Assembly (NCBI GenBank): GCA_013239625.1
Contig: MU053810.1
Coordinates: forward strand, 6,792,122-6,856,121
Direction: 5' to 3'
DNA from: Lama guanicoe
Lineage: Eukaryota
DNA: 64,000 bases
The number at the start of each line of letters is the position of its first letter. Position 1 is the stretch's first letter. The notes beneath the pieces were generated by a model that did not search any database, had not been told where the DNA came from, and saw only the letters and a program-made list of their open reading frames with translations. Positions 39,127-50,960 of this stretch are shown here, in pieces. Made by a program: the position numbers and the translations under genes.

Positions 39127-41497
39127 GGGACCGAATCGGCAGTGGCTCGGTAGGCGCCTCCCTCTGGCAGCCCGCCAGGCTCCAGCCCGGCCGCGGGCAT
39201 CGGAGGCTCGGCGGCCAAGAGTGTGCGGCTGTTCCGCTCGAGTGAGGCCTAGGTGGAGGCCACGAAGGAGGACCTGGCCAAGTGGCTCAACGCCTTGTAT
39301 GGCCTGGGTCTGCCCAATGGTGGTGATGGCTTCCTGACGGGGCTGGCCGCAGGCCCCACCCTGTGCCAGCATGCCAACGCTGTCACCGAGGCCGCCCGCG
39401 ATGGCCGCTGCCCGCCCGGCCCGCGGTGTGGCCTTCCAGGCACACAGCGTGGTTCCCGGCCCCTTCATGGCCCGAGACAACGTGGCCACCTTCATCGGCT
39501 GGTGCCGAGCGGAGCTGGGTGTGCCCGAAGTGCTCATGTGCGAGACGGAGGACCCAGTGCTAGGAACGAGAAAAGCGTGGTGCTGCGTCTGCTGGAGGCG
39601 GCGCGGCGTGGGGCCCGCCTCGGCCTGCTGGCCCCTCGGCTCGCGCAGTTCGAGCAGGAGACTGAGCGGGAGCTCCGCTGCGCGCCGCGCCCCCGGCCCC
39701 TAACCCCCCACTGCTGGGGAGGACACCGCCGAGGCCTCCGCCACCTGCTCCCGGGGGCCCCGCATGACGCCCAGCGACCTGAGCAACTTCGACGAGTTGG
39801 CGAGGGAGCTCATGGGCCGCTGCACCTGCCCAGACCAGTTTCCCACGATCAAAGCCTCGGAGGGAAGTACCGCGTGGGAGGCTCCAGCCTGCTCATCTTT
39901 GTGCGGGTGCTGAGGAGCCGCGCGATGGTGCGTGTGGGCGGCGGCTGGGACACGCTGGAGCACTACCCGGACAAGCACGACCCCTGCCGCTGCTCCTCCA
40001 CGGCCCACCGCCCGCCCCAGCTGAGGGCCGGCACCTTCTCCCCGCAGCGGGTGTCGCCTACCCCCAGTCCCCGAGCTGGTAGCCCAGCTCCAGGAGCTGA
40101 GCACCGGGGCTCCCTCCTCGAGGTGACGCAGCCCAAAGGAGGGGCCCGAGACCCCACTCAGGACCCGGGACCAGCTGCCCGCCCTCCCCAATCCCCGCTC
40201 CCGCCGCTACCCCGCGGACAGCGATTCTTCAGCCTCATCAGCCCAGAGTGGCGGCCTCCTTTGCCCCCGCAGGGAAGACTCAGGCACTGGCCCCCGGCGG
40301 GAGCGGCCCAGCCAGCGGGTGGCCACAGGCACCCCGGCCTCGAAGAGACAGCCACCTTCCCCGCACAGACAATCCCGAGGCCGGCTGGATCGGGGGCGGC
40401 CGCATGGGGCCCCAGGAGGCAGGGGAGGCCAGCTGTTGGCCCCCGGCCCTGCCCGGCGGGCCCGGAGCCACAGCCGCGAGGAGCAGGCTGTGCTGCTGGT
40501 GCGTTGGGACCGAGACGGGCGGCGCTCGTGGGTGCCACGGGGCAGGAGCAGCCCCCAGACTCCCTGTGCCCACAGCCCTGCAGCCCTCCGGCCTCCCCGG
40601 GTCCCCAGCCCCATTCCAGAGTTGAGCACCACCCCGGCCGGTGTCTTCCGCACCCCGCTGCAGCTTGACCCAAAGCAGGAGCGGCCACTCTTCTGGCGCC
40701 TGGAAGAGGAGTTCCTGGCCAACGCCCGAGCTCTTGACGCTGCTGCTGGCGGGACCGCCACTGGACCAGCCCCTCACCCGGTTCGGGCCCCAGACCCTCA
40801 AGCTCCTGACTCAGCCTACTGTTCTTCCAGCGTCTCTTCTTCGTCCCTCAGCATCCTGGGTAGCAAGTGTGGCCAACCGGGGTACTCTGGCAGGATGGCC
40901 AACGGGCTGCCCAGGCCCTGAGGCCCAGCCCTGTCTAGTTCCTCTGATGAAGGCAGCCCCTGCCCTGGTGCAGGGGGCCCACGAGATGCACCTGGTGGCC
41001 CCCTGGCCGGCCCAGAGGCCCCAAGGACCTGGGCACAAGGCCGGATGGACACACAGCCAGACCAAAAACCCTCACACATCCCCACACCGAGGGGCCCCCA
41101 CCGCCCATCTGAACCCACGGAGTCTGGGTCCTGGCATGCCCTGCACTCAATCAACTTAAGGTAGAGCCAGATTTCTGGATATGAGGGACCAGCCCAGCTG
41201 ACCCCAGTCCTCCATTCCTTCTCCTTTTCCTTTGTGGCCTTAACCCCTCTGCATCAGGGAGCCCCCTCCCTTGCCTCTTGGGGATCAGACCTCATGGGAC
41301 CAGACCCCATGGGACCACAAGGCATAATGGGACCTCTGTTGTACGTTCCGGTTGGAGGATGAGCATTGATATTTAATTACTAATATTATTGAATAACTTA
41401 GAGGAGGCTGGGCCAGCCCAGTGAGGACCTCTCTTGAGGTCCTGTGGCCCTGCAGAGCCTGACAGTAAAGTTTTGTTCCAGCAAAAAAAAAAAAAAA
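39127..41497 (+). pseudogene. GAS2L1: Processed pseudogene of GAS2-like protein 1 (CH domain, GAR domain, low-complexity tail)
   Basis: Continuous intronless similarity from AGIGGSAAKSVR (39192) through KYRVG.SSLLIFVRVLRS..MVRVGGGWDTLEHY.DKHDPCR to ...EPDFWI* (TGA at 41182-41184). The start codon is missing, with TAG at 39250-39252, TGA at 40919-40921 and several frameshifts. AGTAAA at 41464-41469 is followed by a 15-A tail at 41483-41497. Confidence 0.95.
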
Positions 41498-41760
41498 GGT
41501 ATGTAATTCCACTAATTTGAGGTACTCTGAAAAGACAAATTTGTAGAGACAGAAAGTAGAATAAAGGTTACCAGGGCTTAGCAGACTAGGGAGCTGTTTA
41601 ATGGTTACAGAGTTTGGTTTGGGATGATGAAAAAGTTCTGCAAATGAACAGTGGTCATGGTTGCACAATGATGGGAAGGTACTTAATGCCACTTAATTAC
41701 ACGCTAAAGATGGTAAAAATGGTAAATTTTATGTTATGCATATTTTATACAATAAAAAAG
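41498..41760 (+). mobile_element. L1 3'UTR; right half of the same element
   Basis: Sequence ...attccactaatttgaggtac...agagacagaaagtagaa...aataaaaaa continues the L1 consensus from the point where it was interrupted at about 39123. Confidence 0.88.
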
Positions 41761-44700
41761 TAATATATCTCCCCCTTTTGACCAAAATAGGCATTAGACC
41801 TCATAATTAGCCTAGTAGAATTTCATTTTAAAAAACAGCCACACTCTACATTAAAACATCTGATTTTCCAAACCAAAAATGGGCAGTTATAAAATCACTT
41901 GTCAATTAATTTCAATTTTGAAAAAAGAACTATTACAGGACTGAGAGGGAAAATACAAACTTCAGTTTGTTCACTTTAAAAAATGATTATCACTATTTTT
42001 TCCAAACCACTAAGCTCAAACAGAACATGCTAAAATTTTCTAAGAACAAATCAAGCAAAAGATTATTTTCAGAAGTGGAATAAACTTCTGTTTTTTCCGG
42101 TATATCATCTCTCTGAAATTTTCACTCCAAAGTAAATTGTACCAACACTTGATATTATTAAGGTGTAAGAAACCATTCTCTCTCTTCAGAATAGCTAATA
42201 GAAAAAGATGTGACTTGTCATAATGTTTGGTAAAAAAACAGAAATAATTTTCCAAATATTTAATATTCAGAATCTTTAAAATACCGTTTTAAAAATTGCT
42301 GCTATTTTAGAAGAACTTTCTGGGCTCAAAACCACTCACAGTTTAATGACAGATTTAATCTTTAACCCAGAGCACAAGACAAATATATATAATTATTTCT
42401 CTAAATGTTTATGAGGGTTAAAATTTAATTTACTCTTTGTGGTGCTTTATCACAAGCATTATCCCAAAATATAATGGAATCTAGTTTGTGTTGTTTAAAA
42501 TGATAAAATGTTAAACTAACCTTCGACAAATGATTGTTGGTACTCAACAACTATAGAGTTGGTGTTTTAGGCATGGGTAAACCTCATTTAACTTAATGTA
42601 CTCGTAATTAGACTGAACAGTCTGGCCCCAGAGTCTGCACACTTACCCATGATGCTGTTTCCTATATTGCAACTAAGCTTTTTTTCTTTTGTCAAAATAG
42701 GTGTACGCTGATAGATTATATGGGCTTTCTTCTTTTAATTATCAGCGGGAAGGGAACATAATAGGAAACTCATGAGGAAAACATAAACATTGCTCCAAGA
42801 GGGATCATCAGTTTCTGCTTCATTCAAAGAAGAGTTGCAAAGACACATAAAAACTTTAAAAAGCAAAGCCAAAGTCTACATGCTTTCAACATGCATCTCT
42901 ATACTAGAAATAGTTTATTGCTTTTTACAATTAATCCATTGCTTTTGGTAACTGAAATCAGAAGATAAAGTTTCACCAGACATTTTCTTTCCTCAATAAA
43001 TCAGATCTATGTTCACTTACTTTATTAACTTATTTCCTAAAAAATCTCCCCCTTATATTATGTCACATTCTGTGAAAACTAACTGATTCTTCAAAAGGTG
43101 ACCATCTTAAAAGTAGGTAATGTTTAATTTATGTATTCCAACTAGTTTGCATCTATAGAAATCTCACCAAATGACATGTAAAGATATCTATTCTCACGAT
43201 AGCCCTATAAAGCAGCATTTCATATGATGGTCCAGAGAAATTCTGAAGGTTAATAACTTTGGAAATGTTCAATGACATTACCATAGATTAAGACATTGGT
43301 CTAGCAAGAAATAGCTCAGCTTTTTAATATCCAATGTAATATTCTACCCTTGATATATTACTAGCTCCATTTAACACAGGAAACATTAATGTTTAAAATC
43401 AATTAAAATTCATAAAGAACTATATGTTTTCCATTGTGTAAATGAATTACATTATATAGAGGTTATTTCAGAGCAGTTTATTTAATAGACCTTTCAATTC
43501 TACCCGCTCTGCCAGTGACAGGCTTTTTAAAAAGCAATTAATTTTATCTAGGTAACAGGGGTTAAATATTTCCCCACTCCACTTGTCTAATACTTTATTA
43601 AATATATGATTTAACATATAACATATATTTTGTTGCAAAAGAATGACAAGCATTGGTTAAACGAAGAGCAATTTCCCTGTCTGCCCTTTCTTGCTGAATT
43701 AAAGCTTGATTCTAGTTCGTTGTATGGTTCTGTTAATAAAACTGTCTATTTAAAACAACTGTTAAAGTCTACAACACTAACAGAATGGATGTATTATCCT
43801 AGAATCTCAACAGAGGTGTTTTCTTATGTTAATCTGAGTCTTTATAATACATGCCATTCACAGAGAGTTGTTTTCTTAATAGAAACAATTTATACTTTCA
43901 GGGAGCTCTAAAATCTAACCCAACCTCCACAACTTTCCTAACATGAAATGAAGGGGTCATATTAATTCAGAAAAAGGGGAAACTTGAGGCTTTGTTTTTC
44001 TTTTCAACAGCACAAATAAGTTTCTGGAAGCAATAGAACCACAAATTCTAACACAACACTGGCTACATATAATTAACTGGGTGACCAACTGAAGACAGCT
44101 CCTCAGAAAGCTTTGCCCAGAACATTTTGGCATTTCATCCAATTTATAAGCTTCTGACTGAGAAGCTTATAAACCCCTATACTACTTGATTTCTCAAAAC
44201 AGAACCCAGGGATAGCCTCTCTCAAAAGCTATGTGAGCTCTTCACAGGCTCACAATGATCCTGGGATACTGACGTAAGACCAAATACACGGTCATGAATA
44301 AATTCATTCTTCAAAGTATAATGTGCTCAGAAAGAGTTGAGTCTATTTACTGTCTTCAAATATGGCTAAGAGAAATAAAAATTAGATATAATAATTATCA
44401 CAAATCTTTCTAGATATGAAAAAATTAACAATATATTGGATACTGGCAGAAGAAATTCTTCTAGAGGCCAAAGAGATGCTGTGAAAGAGTCCTTTAAGGC
44501 AATGAGATATTCAAGCTTCAGGCTAAACAGGGAAAAACATTCTGTAGAAGAAAATGTTATAATAAAGTTTCATATTTTCAAGCCCTATTTCTGCTAGGAA
44601 GCTGAAGAATATAACTTTCATATTCTAGTCCCATCATATTACAGAAGGACTGTTGCTCAAGAGAGAAGCAACTGGGCTTTGGAAAAATTCTATTAGCTTA

Positions 44701-44761
44701 AGAAAAGAAGAGGTCACTTCATAATAAAAAGGAAGATCATAACCAGGGTACCTGGGTTTAC

Positions 44762-44985
44762 CTTTGCTTTGCGAAAGTGGTAGACAGCCAGCATGCTAAC
44801 GAAGTCGAGCAGCATACACAGGGCTTGGAAGGAGATGATAGCAAGTCGCAAATATTTATCCTCCTGGACAAAGCAGGGGCTGTCATCAGCACAGTAGGGA
44901 CAGCCCTCCCTGCAGGGTAGGCAGACATGGGCTTCTTCTGACACATCCTTTGCACTTCCTGCAAAATGGTGATCCGGACCCCTTC
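44762..44985 (-). CDS. GPR158: GPR158 internal coding exon (human exon 4 equivalent): end of extracellular Cys-rich stalk plus TM1
   Basis: Translates to RGPDHHFAGSAKDVSEEAHVCLPCREGCPYCADDSPCFVQEDKYLRLAIISFQALCMLLDFVSMLAVYHFRKAK, which matches recalled GPR158. Acceptor is ...actttcag|GAAGG and donor is AAAG|gtaaac. Length 224 bp (2 nt plus 74 codons), ending in phase 0. Confidence 0.96.
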
Positions 44986-47900
44986 CTGAAAGTTCCAAAT
45001 AAAACCACATTGTCATTGCACTTCTCAGGGAGATGAGACTAAGTACAGAGTCAAAACACATCCTCATCTCTTCATTCTTTTCCCCTCTTATTAAAGACCT
45101 TTCATCAACCTTCTTGCTAGGGGAGAGAGTTGCTTCACCTCTGGAGTCAAACAAAATTCTTTTATGCTTTTGATTTGAAAGAAATTGCATTCAGAGTAAT
45201 TGAAGAAAATTAGCAAAAATTGAGCCAAAACGCAGGGCACAGTTTTCTAAGTCTTTTATATCATTATCTACCACTCACCAATGGAAACTCCCTGTGGCAC
45301 AAATCATATTCCATAAATATTTGTTAAAGAATTAACTAGAAGGAAGGTTAAGGAAGTTGTGTCATTCCTGTAGCAAGTAAACATACACAACACTTTTGGA
45401 ACTTCTTGACCTAGATGGCACAGAATCCAAAATGAGGCTTTGATTGCAGCTTAATCCAGCAGGGATCTCATCTACCAAGTTCATTAGGTCTAAATTGGAT
45501 AAAATGGTACTTAATCGACAGTTGTTCAGTGTGCACTTGCCTAATGATGGTGCATCCTTTGCCCAGAGTACAATCCATACTTACAGGCTATCATGTAATT
45601 TCCTACTCTGCACACCCATAGGATGTTTCCACACTATTAACTAACTGCTGCTATTGACCATCCCTTTAATTTTGTCTTAGTTATCAAATTTAGATCTGAA
45701 GTCCAAAAGGTGAGAATTCTCTTTAAGTGTTGAGTTGAGTTTAGTATTTACAAATACCCAATTAACAACACATACTTAAAAAAAAAAACCTGTTTCCAAC
45801 ATGAAAGACATTCATTAGTGAATGTCTTCCCAATTTAGTATATAACACAAGCACACAGTTCAGTATATAACACAACTTTGACTGAGGAATTTGGGAAAGG
45901 AGTTGTTCTGGTTAACAGTATTTTAATAACACAAAGTTTCACAGAAAGTCTTTATTACTTTTAACTCTTGTTGAAAGTTCACAATCTTTCTCAAATGTAT
46001 TTTTGTCTTCATTCCTTACTTAATAAACATGATAGCAAACATAATTGAATATTTCTTTGTTGATCCAGGATATACTGCTGTTTAAGAGTCTTCATTTCTG
46101 TTACACAGTGAAAAGCGGATGAATTTTAGCATCCATCTAATACAGCTCCCATCTGAGACCTTAGGCAACTCACTTGACCACTTTGGGCCTTAGTTTATTT
46201 ATATATGAAATGTGAATTGCTGTGGGGTTTAAATGAGATAATGTATATAAATCACAGTGTCTGGCTTTCTCTTCTTCAAATATGGGAGATGCAAAGAGGA
46301 ATTAGGAATCCATTGATACCTTAAGGAAAGGCACTACTGTCCAAAAATAAGGAAGTTTACAAGAAATAGGTGAGATATGGAGGGAGTCAGTGGGAATGAT
46401 AAGCCTGATTGAGATAAGTTAAATTTGAGGTTCAACTCATTTTTCAGGACAAATCTGCAATAAGTGAGAAATAATATGAGATTGGGGTGTGAGAGAAGAA
46501 TCAGTGTCAGAGAACAAGAACCCACATGGAGCTCTGGGAGTAATTAAGGTAATGACTAGGAATTGCAATGAGGAAGAAGCTAAACAAGTAGAAGTTTTCA
46601 CAATGCAATAGAAGAAAACTGGGATTTACAGGAACATGCTGGAATGTGATCAGAGAGCCTGAATGAGGAGACTATGAGGTTTGATAATTACTTCATCCTT
46701 CATTGACCTTGAAGACAGTAGTTTCCAGATAGTGGCAGAGATTGAAATTAGGTTGTCAGGGCTTAAGGAGTAAATATGTGATAAAAAAGAATATTGTTTC
46801 AATAAATGCTACACTGAATTAAAAAAGCGAGAAAAGCTCATGGTTAATAGGAATAGTAATGGGGTCAAAAAAAAAAGGATTTTGGTTTTGTGTTTTGTTT
46901 TCTTGTATTACAGGTGAGATCTTAACATAGCTGCTGTCAGCAAAATGAGGTAATGAAAATTAAAGAAAAATTGAGAAGATTAGTAAAGACTCGAGAAGTC
47001 AGGATTGGAGATAATCAAGAGCATAGTTGGAGAAATTAACTCTAATAACTGATGTCTCTTCTAACACTAGAAAGTAGAGGTATAGTTAAGATTTTTAAAC
47101 TATTTTTTAGAGAGAGGAGAAATCAACTGAAAATCATTTTGATGTAGTGAAGAAAGGAAATATGGAAGTCAATCTTATAAAGTCTTACACTTTTCAACAG
47201 CTCAGGTAAGAATATGTGTTGAGGATGAAGGTGGCCAGTTTTGAGGATGAAGACATGAAAGATTAAGGGAGCAATCAAATACAAGACGGCTGGTTGGATC
47301 ACTTGGCAGAAAAGGAATCCAGTCAGAGTAAGATGCTATGATGTATTAGATTCAGTCAAGATAGTTTTTTTTTTTTAAATTTTCTACAAGTATCAGTAGC
47401 ATAGAAACAAATGAGGAGAACAGAGCATTTGAGGGGAGAAAATAAAGAAAAAGGATTGTAACAATGTTGTTGCAGGGAAGGAGGAAAACCCAACACAAGG
47501 CTGTGTAATGGAGCTGCAGCCTGTACTCCCTTGGAGGAGCAGATGCTCGATCTTCCAGGGACCTCCCGAGTATGAGTCAATCTAAGGGACTAAAGAGGAA
47601 AACACTGCCCCATCTTCAACCTTACTCATTCCTCAAAGGTAGCCTCCAGAGTCATTAATTTCCACACATTTCTGGGCTTTGCACTCATGAGTTCAGAGCA
47701 GATTCCTACACCCTGAAAATTAACTTCAGTCGTGCCCCACAGCAGGATAGAAAGTCAAAAGTGGGGTCTCAGGCAAAGCCAAGTACAGCTGTCCTTACGC
47801 AAAGCTGTTCAAAGCTTTCAGGAAATCGTCACAGCAATGGCTAGGGTAAGAGGCAGGGCCAAGAGGCATGTGGAAGGATGAAAAACAGGTGTGCAACACA

Positions 47901-48999
47901 GACACAAACTTGAGGAATAATGGGACACACAAGCCAAAAGCTATGAAGTTTGAAAGCCTAGGTTACTAAGAAAACAATGAGTTAACAAACTCTTGAGTGA
48001 AAACTGGACAGTCATGTAAGTGAAGCCAGAAAGATCACTGTACTTGGTAAGAATAAAAAAGCTGTCAAGGATTCAGATGGTCTGATGAGGTTGACAGAAA
48101 CGTCAAGGGTGCTAAGAACAGATTTGGGAGACAGAAGTTGACATTTCCTCTTCTGGCCAAGATGGAAGAATTGGGATTGAATTTATTCTTTCATCAGAAA
48201 CAACGAAGAAATGAACAAAATATTAAAAAGTAATTGTTTTACAGACACTGGACATTCGTAACAAAGGGCAGCGATTCCTACAAAGTACAAACACTCTTCA
48301 AATGAACCAACCGTCATAAACAGAACCAAAACAAAAGTTAAAATAGTAAAAATAAAGTATCTATAGAAGATCTTTGTTTTGTGAAATAGTCCTTCTTAAC
48401 TCCATCTTGGCTTTTTTGCTTCAGCTAAATAGCCAGATATTTTTCATAGGTTTAAAAAGCACTTGGCTGCCTGTAAGCCAAGCAGTATATATAGTTTACT
48501 CTCAATACAAATTAAACTTGAAACCTCACCCCCATCTGCAAAGGGATTCTCCTGATGGTATCAGGAGAGGCTACTTAGCACACTGAATCACTTGAACCTG
48601 AAAAATACTGCAGCATGTTAACCTCTCTGTGTATTTGAGCTTGTTAGCTTTTGTACCATACGGCCATGGCAAGCAATGACAGTCACATTTTAGATACAGC
48701 TGATAAGTCCTTCAGCTTTGTAAAAATTTTAGTCATTTTTAACCCATCGAAATTTGAGAGTTCCTTTCTGCTTAGAGCCAAATCTGTGATCCATTCCAGT
48801 CAACGTAGAAAACCTACCCCTACCCCTGACTTTTCTCATGACCATTATTTTACTTTTGCTCGATTTCCTCATCTGTAGCTGTGACCCTGCCGCATAGTAT
48901 GCATTTCTGTAAGGCGCTCTGCATCACTCTGGAATGAGCTATGAGACAGAAGGAACTGGGAGAATGGTACCTCAAGTTGTATAGCATTTGACAGATACA

Positions 49000-50330
49000 A
49001 ATTATTATTCAATTCAACAACTATTTTCTGAGTGTCAAATTATGTGTCACACACTGTTTTAGTGGGATAAAGCAGTGAACAAAACAGACGAAGGTATCTG
49101 TGTCTGTGGGACTTATGTTCCAGTGAGGGAAACAGACACAACCAAACAACATAGCAAGTAAATTGTATCATATGTTAAAACTTAGAAGTGTTAATATAGC
49201 CAATATTTTATAATCACTATAAATGGAGTATAACCTTTAAAAATTGTGAATCATTATAGTGTACACCTGTAACCTACATGATATTGTATAGCAACTATAC
49301 TTCAATTTAAAAATTAACAAATAATATTTCCCCCAAAACAACTGAGAAGTGCCAAGAGGAGAAAAAAGTGAAGTGAAGTCGGGGGCATCAGATGTGCTGG
49401 CGTGGGAACTGCAATTTTAAATAAAGTGGTTAGGGTAGATCTCATTCTAAAGGTGCTATCTGAGCAAAGATTTGAAAGAGGTAAGGGGGTTAACCATTCT
49501 GATTTATGAGGGAAGGGAATTCCAGGCAGAGGACACAGCCAGTGCAAAGGTCCTGAGGTGGGAGCATGACTGGCATATACGAGGAAGTGCAAAGAGGCTG
49601 ATGTGGCTGGAGCAGACTAAGTGTGGGGCAGTACAGTAAAAGGTGAAGTCAGGGAGGTAACAGGGTCAGATCATAGAAGGCACTGTGGGCCACTGTAAAG
49701 ACTTGGATTCTTCCCTCAGTAAAACAGAGACAGCCACCATGGGAGTATTGAGTAGGGGAGTGATGTGATATGCCTCATGTTGTTAAAGGATGACTCTGGT
49801 TGTATAGAGAATATAATGCAGCAGGTAAGGGAGAAGTCAGGAGTCTTGTGAAAAGCTATTGCAGTAAATCCAGGTGAGACTTGATGGTGGCTGGGACCAC
49901 AGGGGAACAGTGAAAAATGGCTGGATTCAGATATAGTTTGAAGGTGGAGTCAACAGAATTTTCTGATGAATTAGCTATGGAGGAGAGAAAAAGGTCAGGG
50001 ATGATTCCAGGTGCTTGGCATGAACAAGTGGATGGATGAAGTCACTGTCAACCAAGATGGGGAAGAATGTAGGTGGGAAAGTTTTTGGAGAAGATCATAA
50101 GTTCAAACTTGACATTTCAGTGTAAGGATATCTACCAGAGACCCAAGGGATAATGTCAAGTAGGCATCTTGATATATTAAGTCTGGAATTTGGAAGAAAG
50201 GTCTGCAGGGAAAATAAGATATAAAGGTCATGGGAATTTAGATCACATTTAGAGTCAGGAGACTGGATCAGATCTCCAAGAGAATCAGTGTAGGTAGAGA
50301 AGACTCCTTGGGCCCTCTGATATTAATGCC
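49000..50330 (-). mobile_element. L2 element
   Basis: Motifs attcaacaactatttt, gcagtgaacaaaacagac, tgcaaaggtcctgagg and tggctggattcagatatag. Confidence 0.8.
49193..49313 (+). mobile_element. L1 3' end fragment nested in an L2
   Basis: Sequence aatatagccaatatttt...gtacacctgtaac...caactatacttcaatttaaaa. Confidence 0.7.
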
Positions 50331-50502
50331 ACACAAAATCCTTAATCACACAAAACTTTTCCTGGCCATGACTCATGTTTTTAAAGAGTACTGAATTACT
50401 TCTTTCATAACTGCAAATACAAAAAGGTTTAACAGAAAAGCAACCAACCAACAAAGAAATATTTTCTCTGGATTTAAATGACTTGATCAAAGAGCTAAAG
50501 CT

Positions 50503-50960
50503 GCTGTTTTGGTTTGGGTCCACCAAAAGCAGAGCCTGAGATAACAATCTGGGTACAGATAACTGATTTGGAAGGTGATTTCCTAAAAGGGTGAGGTAGA
50601 GTGAGACAATGAAGAAAAAAAGGTAATAAAAGGTACATTATTGAGTTGGATGTCACTGTGGGTAATGTGGGCTCAATCTTCCTGGGAGCTCTCTACACAC
50701 TGCATACAATACCCTGCAGAATTGTCTCTCCAAAGGGATGGGAGCATTTATACAGCAACTGCCAATCCCACTGGTTGATAGTTGTTCCCAGGGGACTTCA
50801 ATTTCTCCAACACTCCTGGACAAGGGGTTGAGCAAGCTAAGAGGGCTTCAGAGGAAGCCCTGAGGCAGAAAAGGAAATTCTAGGGACACTTAAGGGGAGA
50901 CACTGGTAGCATGCCCTGTAACTATCATAGTGGGCAAAATCTGAGATACATCAAGAGTAT
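50503..50960 (-). mobile_element. ERVL LTR (LTR16-like)
   Basis: Sequence ggtttgggtcc...aagcagagcctgagataa...atttggaaggtgat resembles the reverse complement of an LTR16-family 3' end. Confidence 0.55.

Larger units (their letters stand above)
8239..44761 (-). other. GPR158: GPR158 intron between the two exons (36,523 bp)
   Basis: GT at 44761-44760 and AG at 8240-8239 on the minus strand; joining the exons keeps the GPR158 reading frame. Confidence 0.9.

Noticed and set aside
39085..41159. Many overlapping Pro/Arg/Gly-rich ORFs on both strands
   Set aside because: These are shadow frames of the GC-rich GAS2L1 pseudogene.
44986..45190. N-terminal part of the 158-aa ORF 44714..45190
   Set aside because: It lies upstream of the tttcag acceptor and has no GPR158 similarity; it is a chance open intronic frame.
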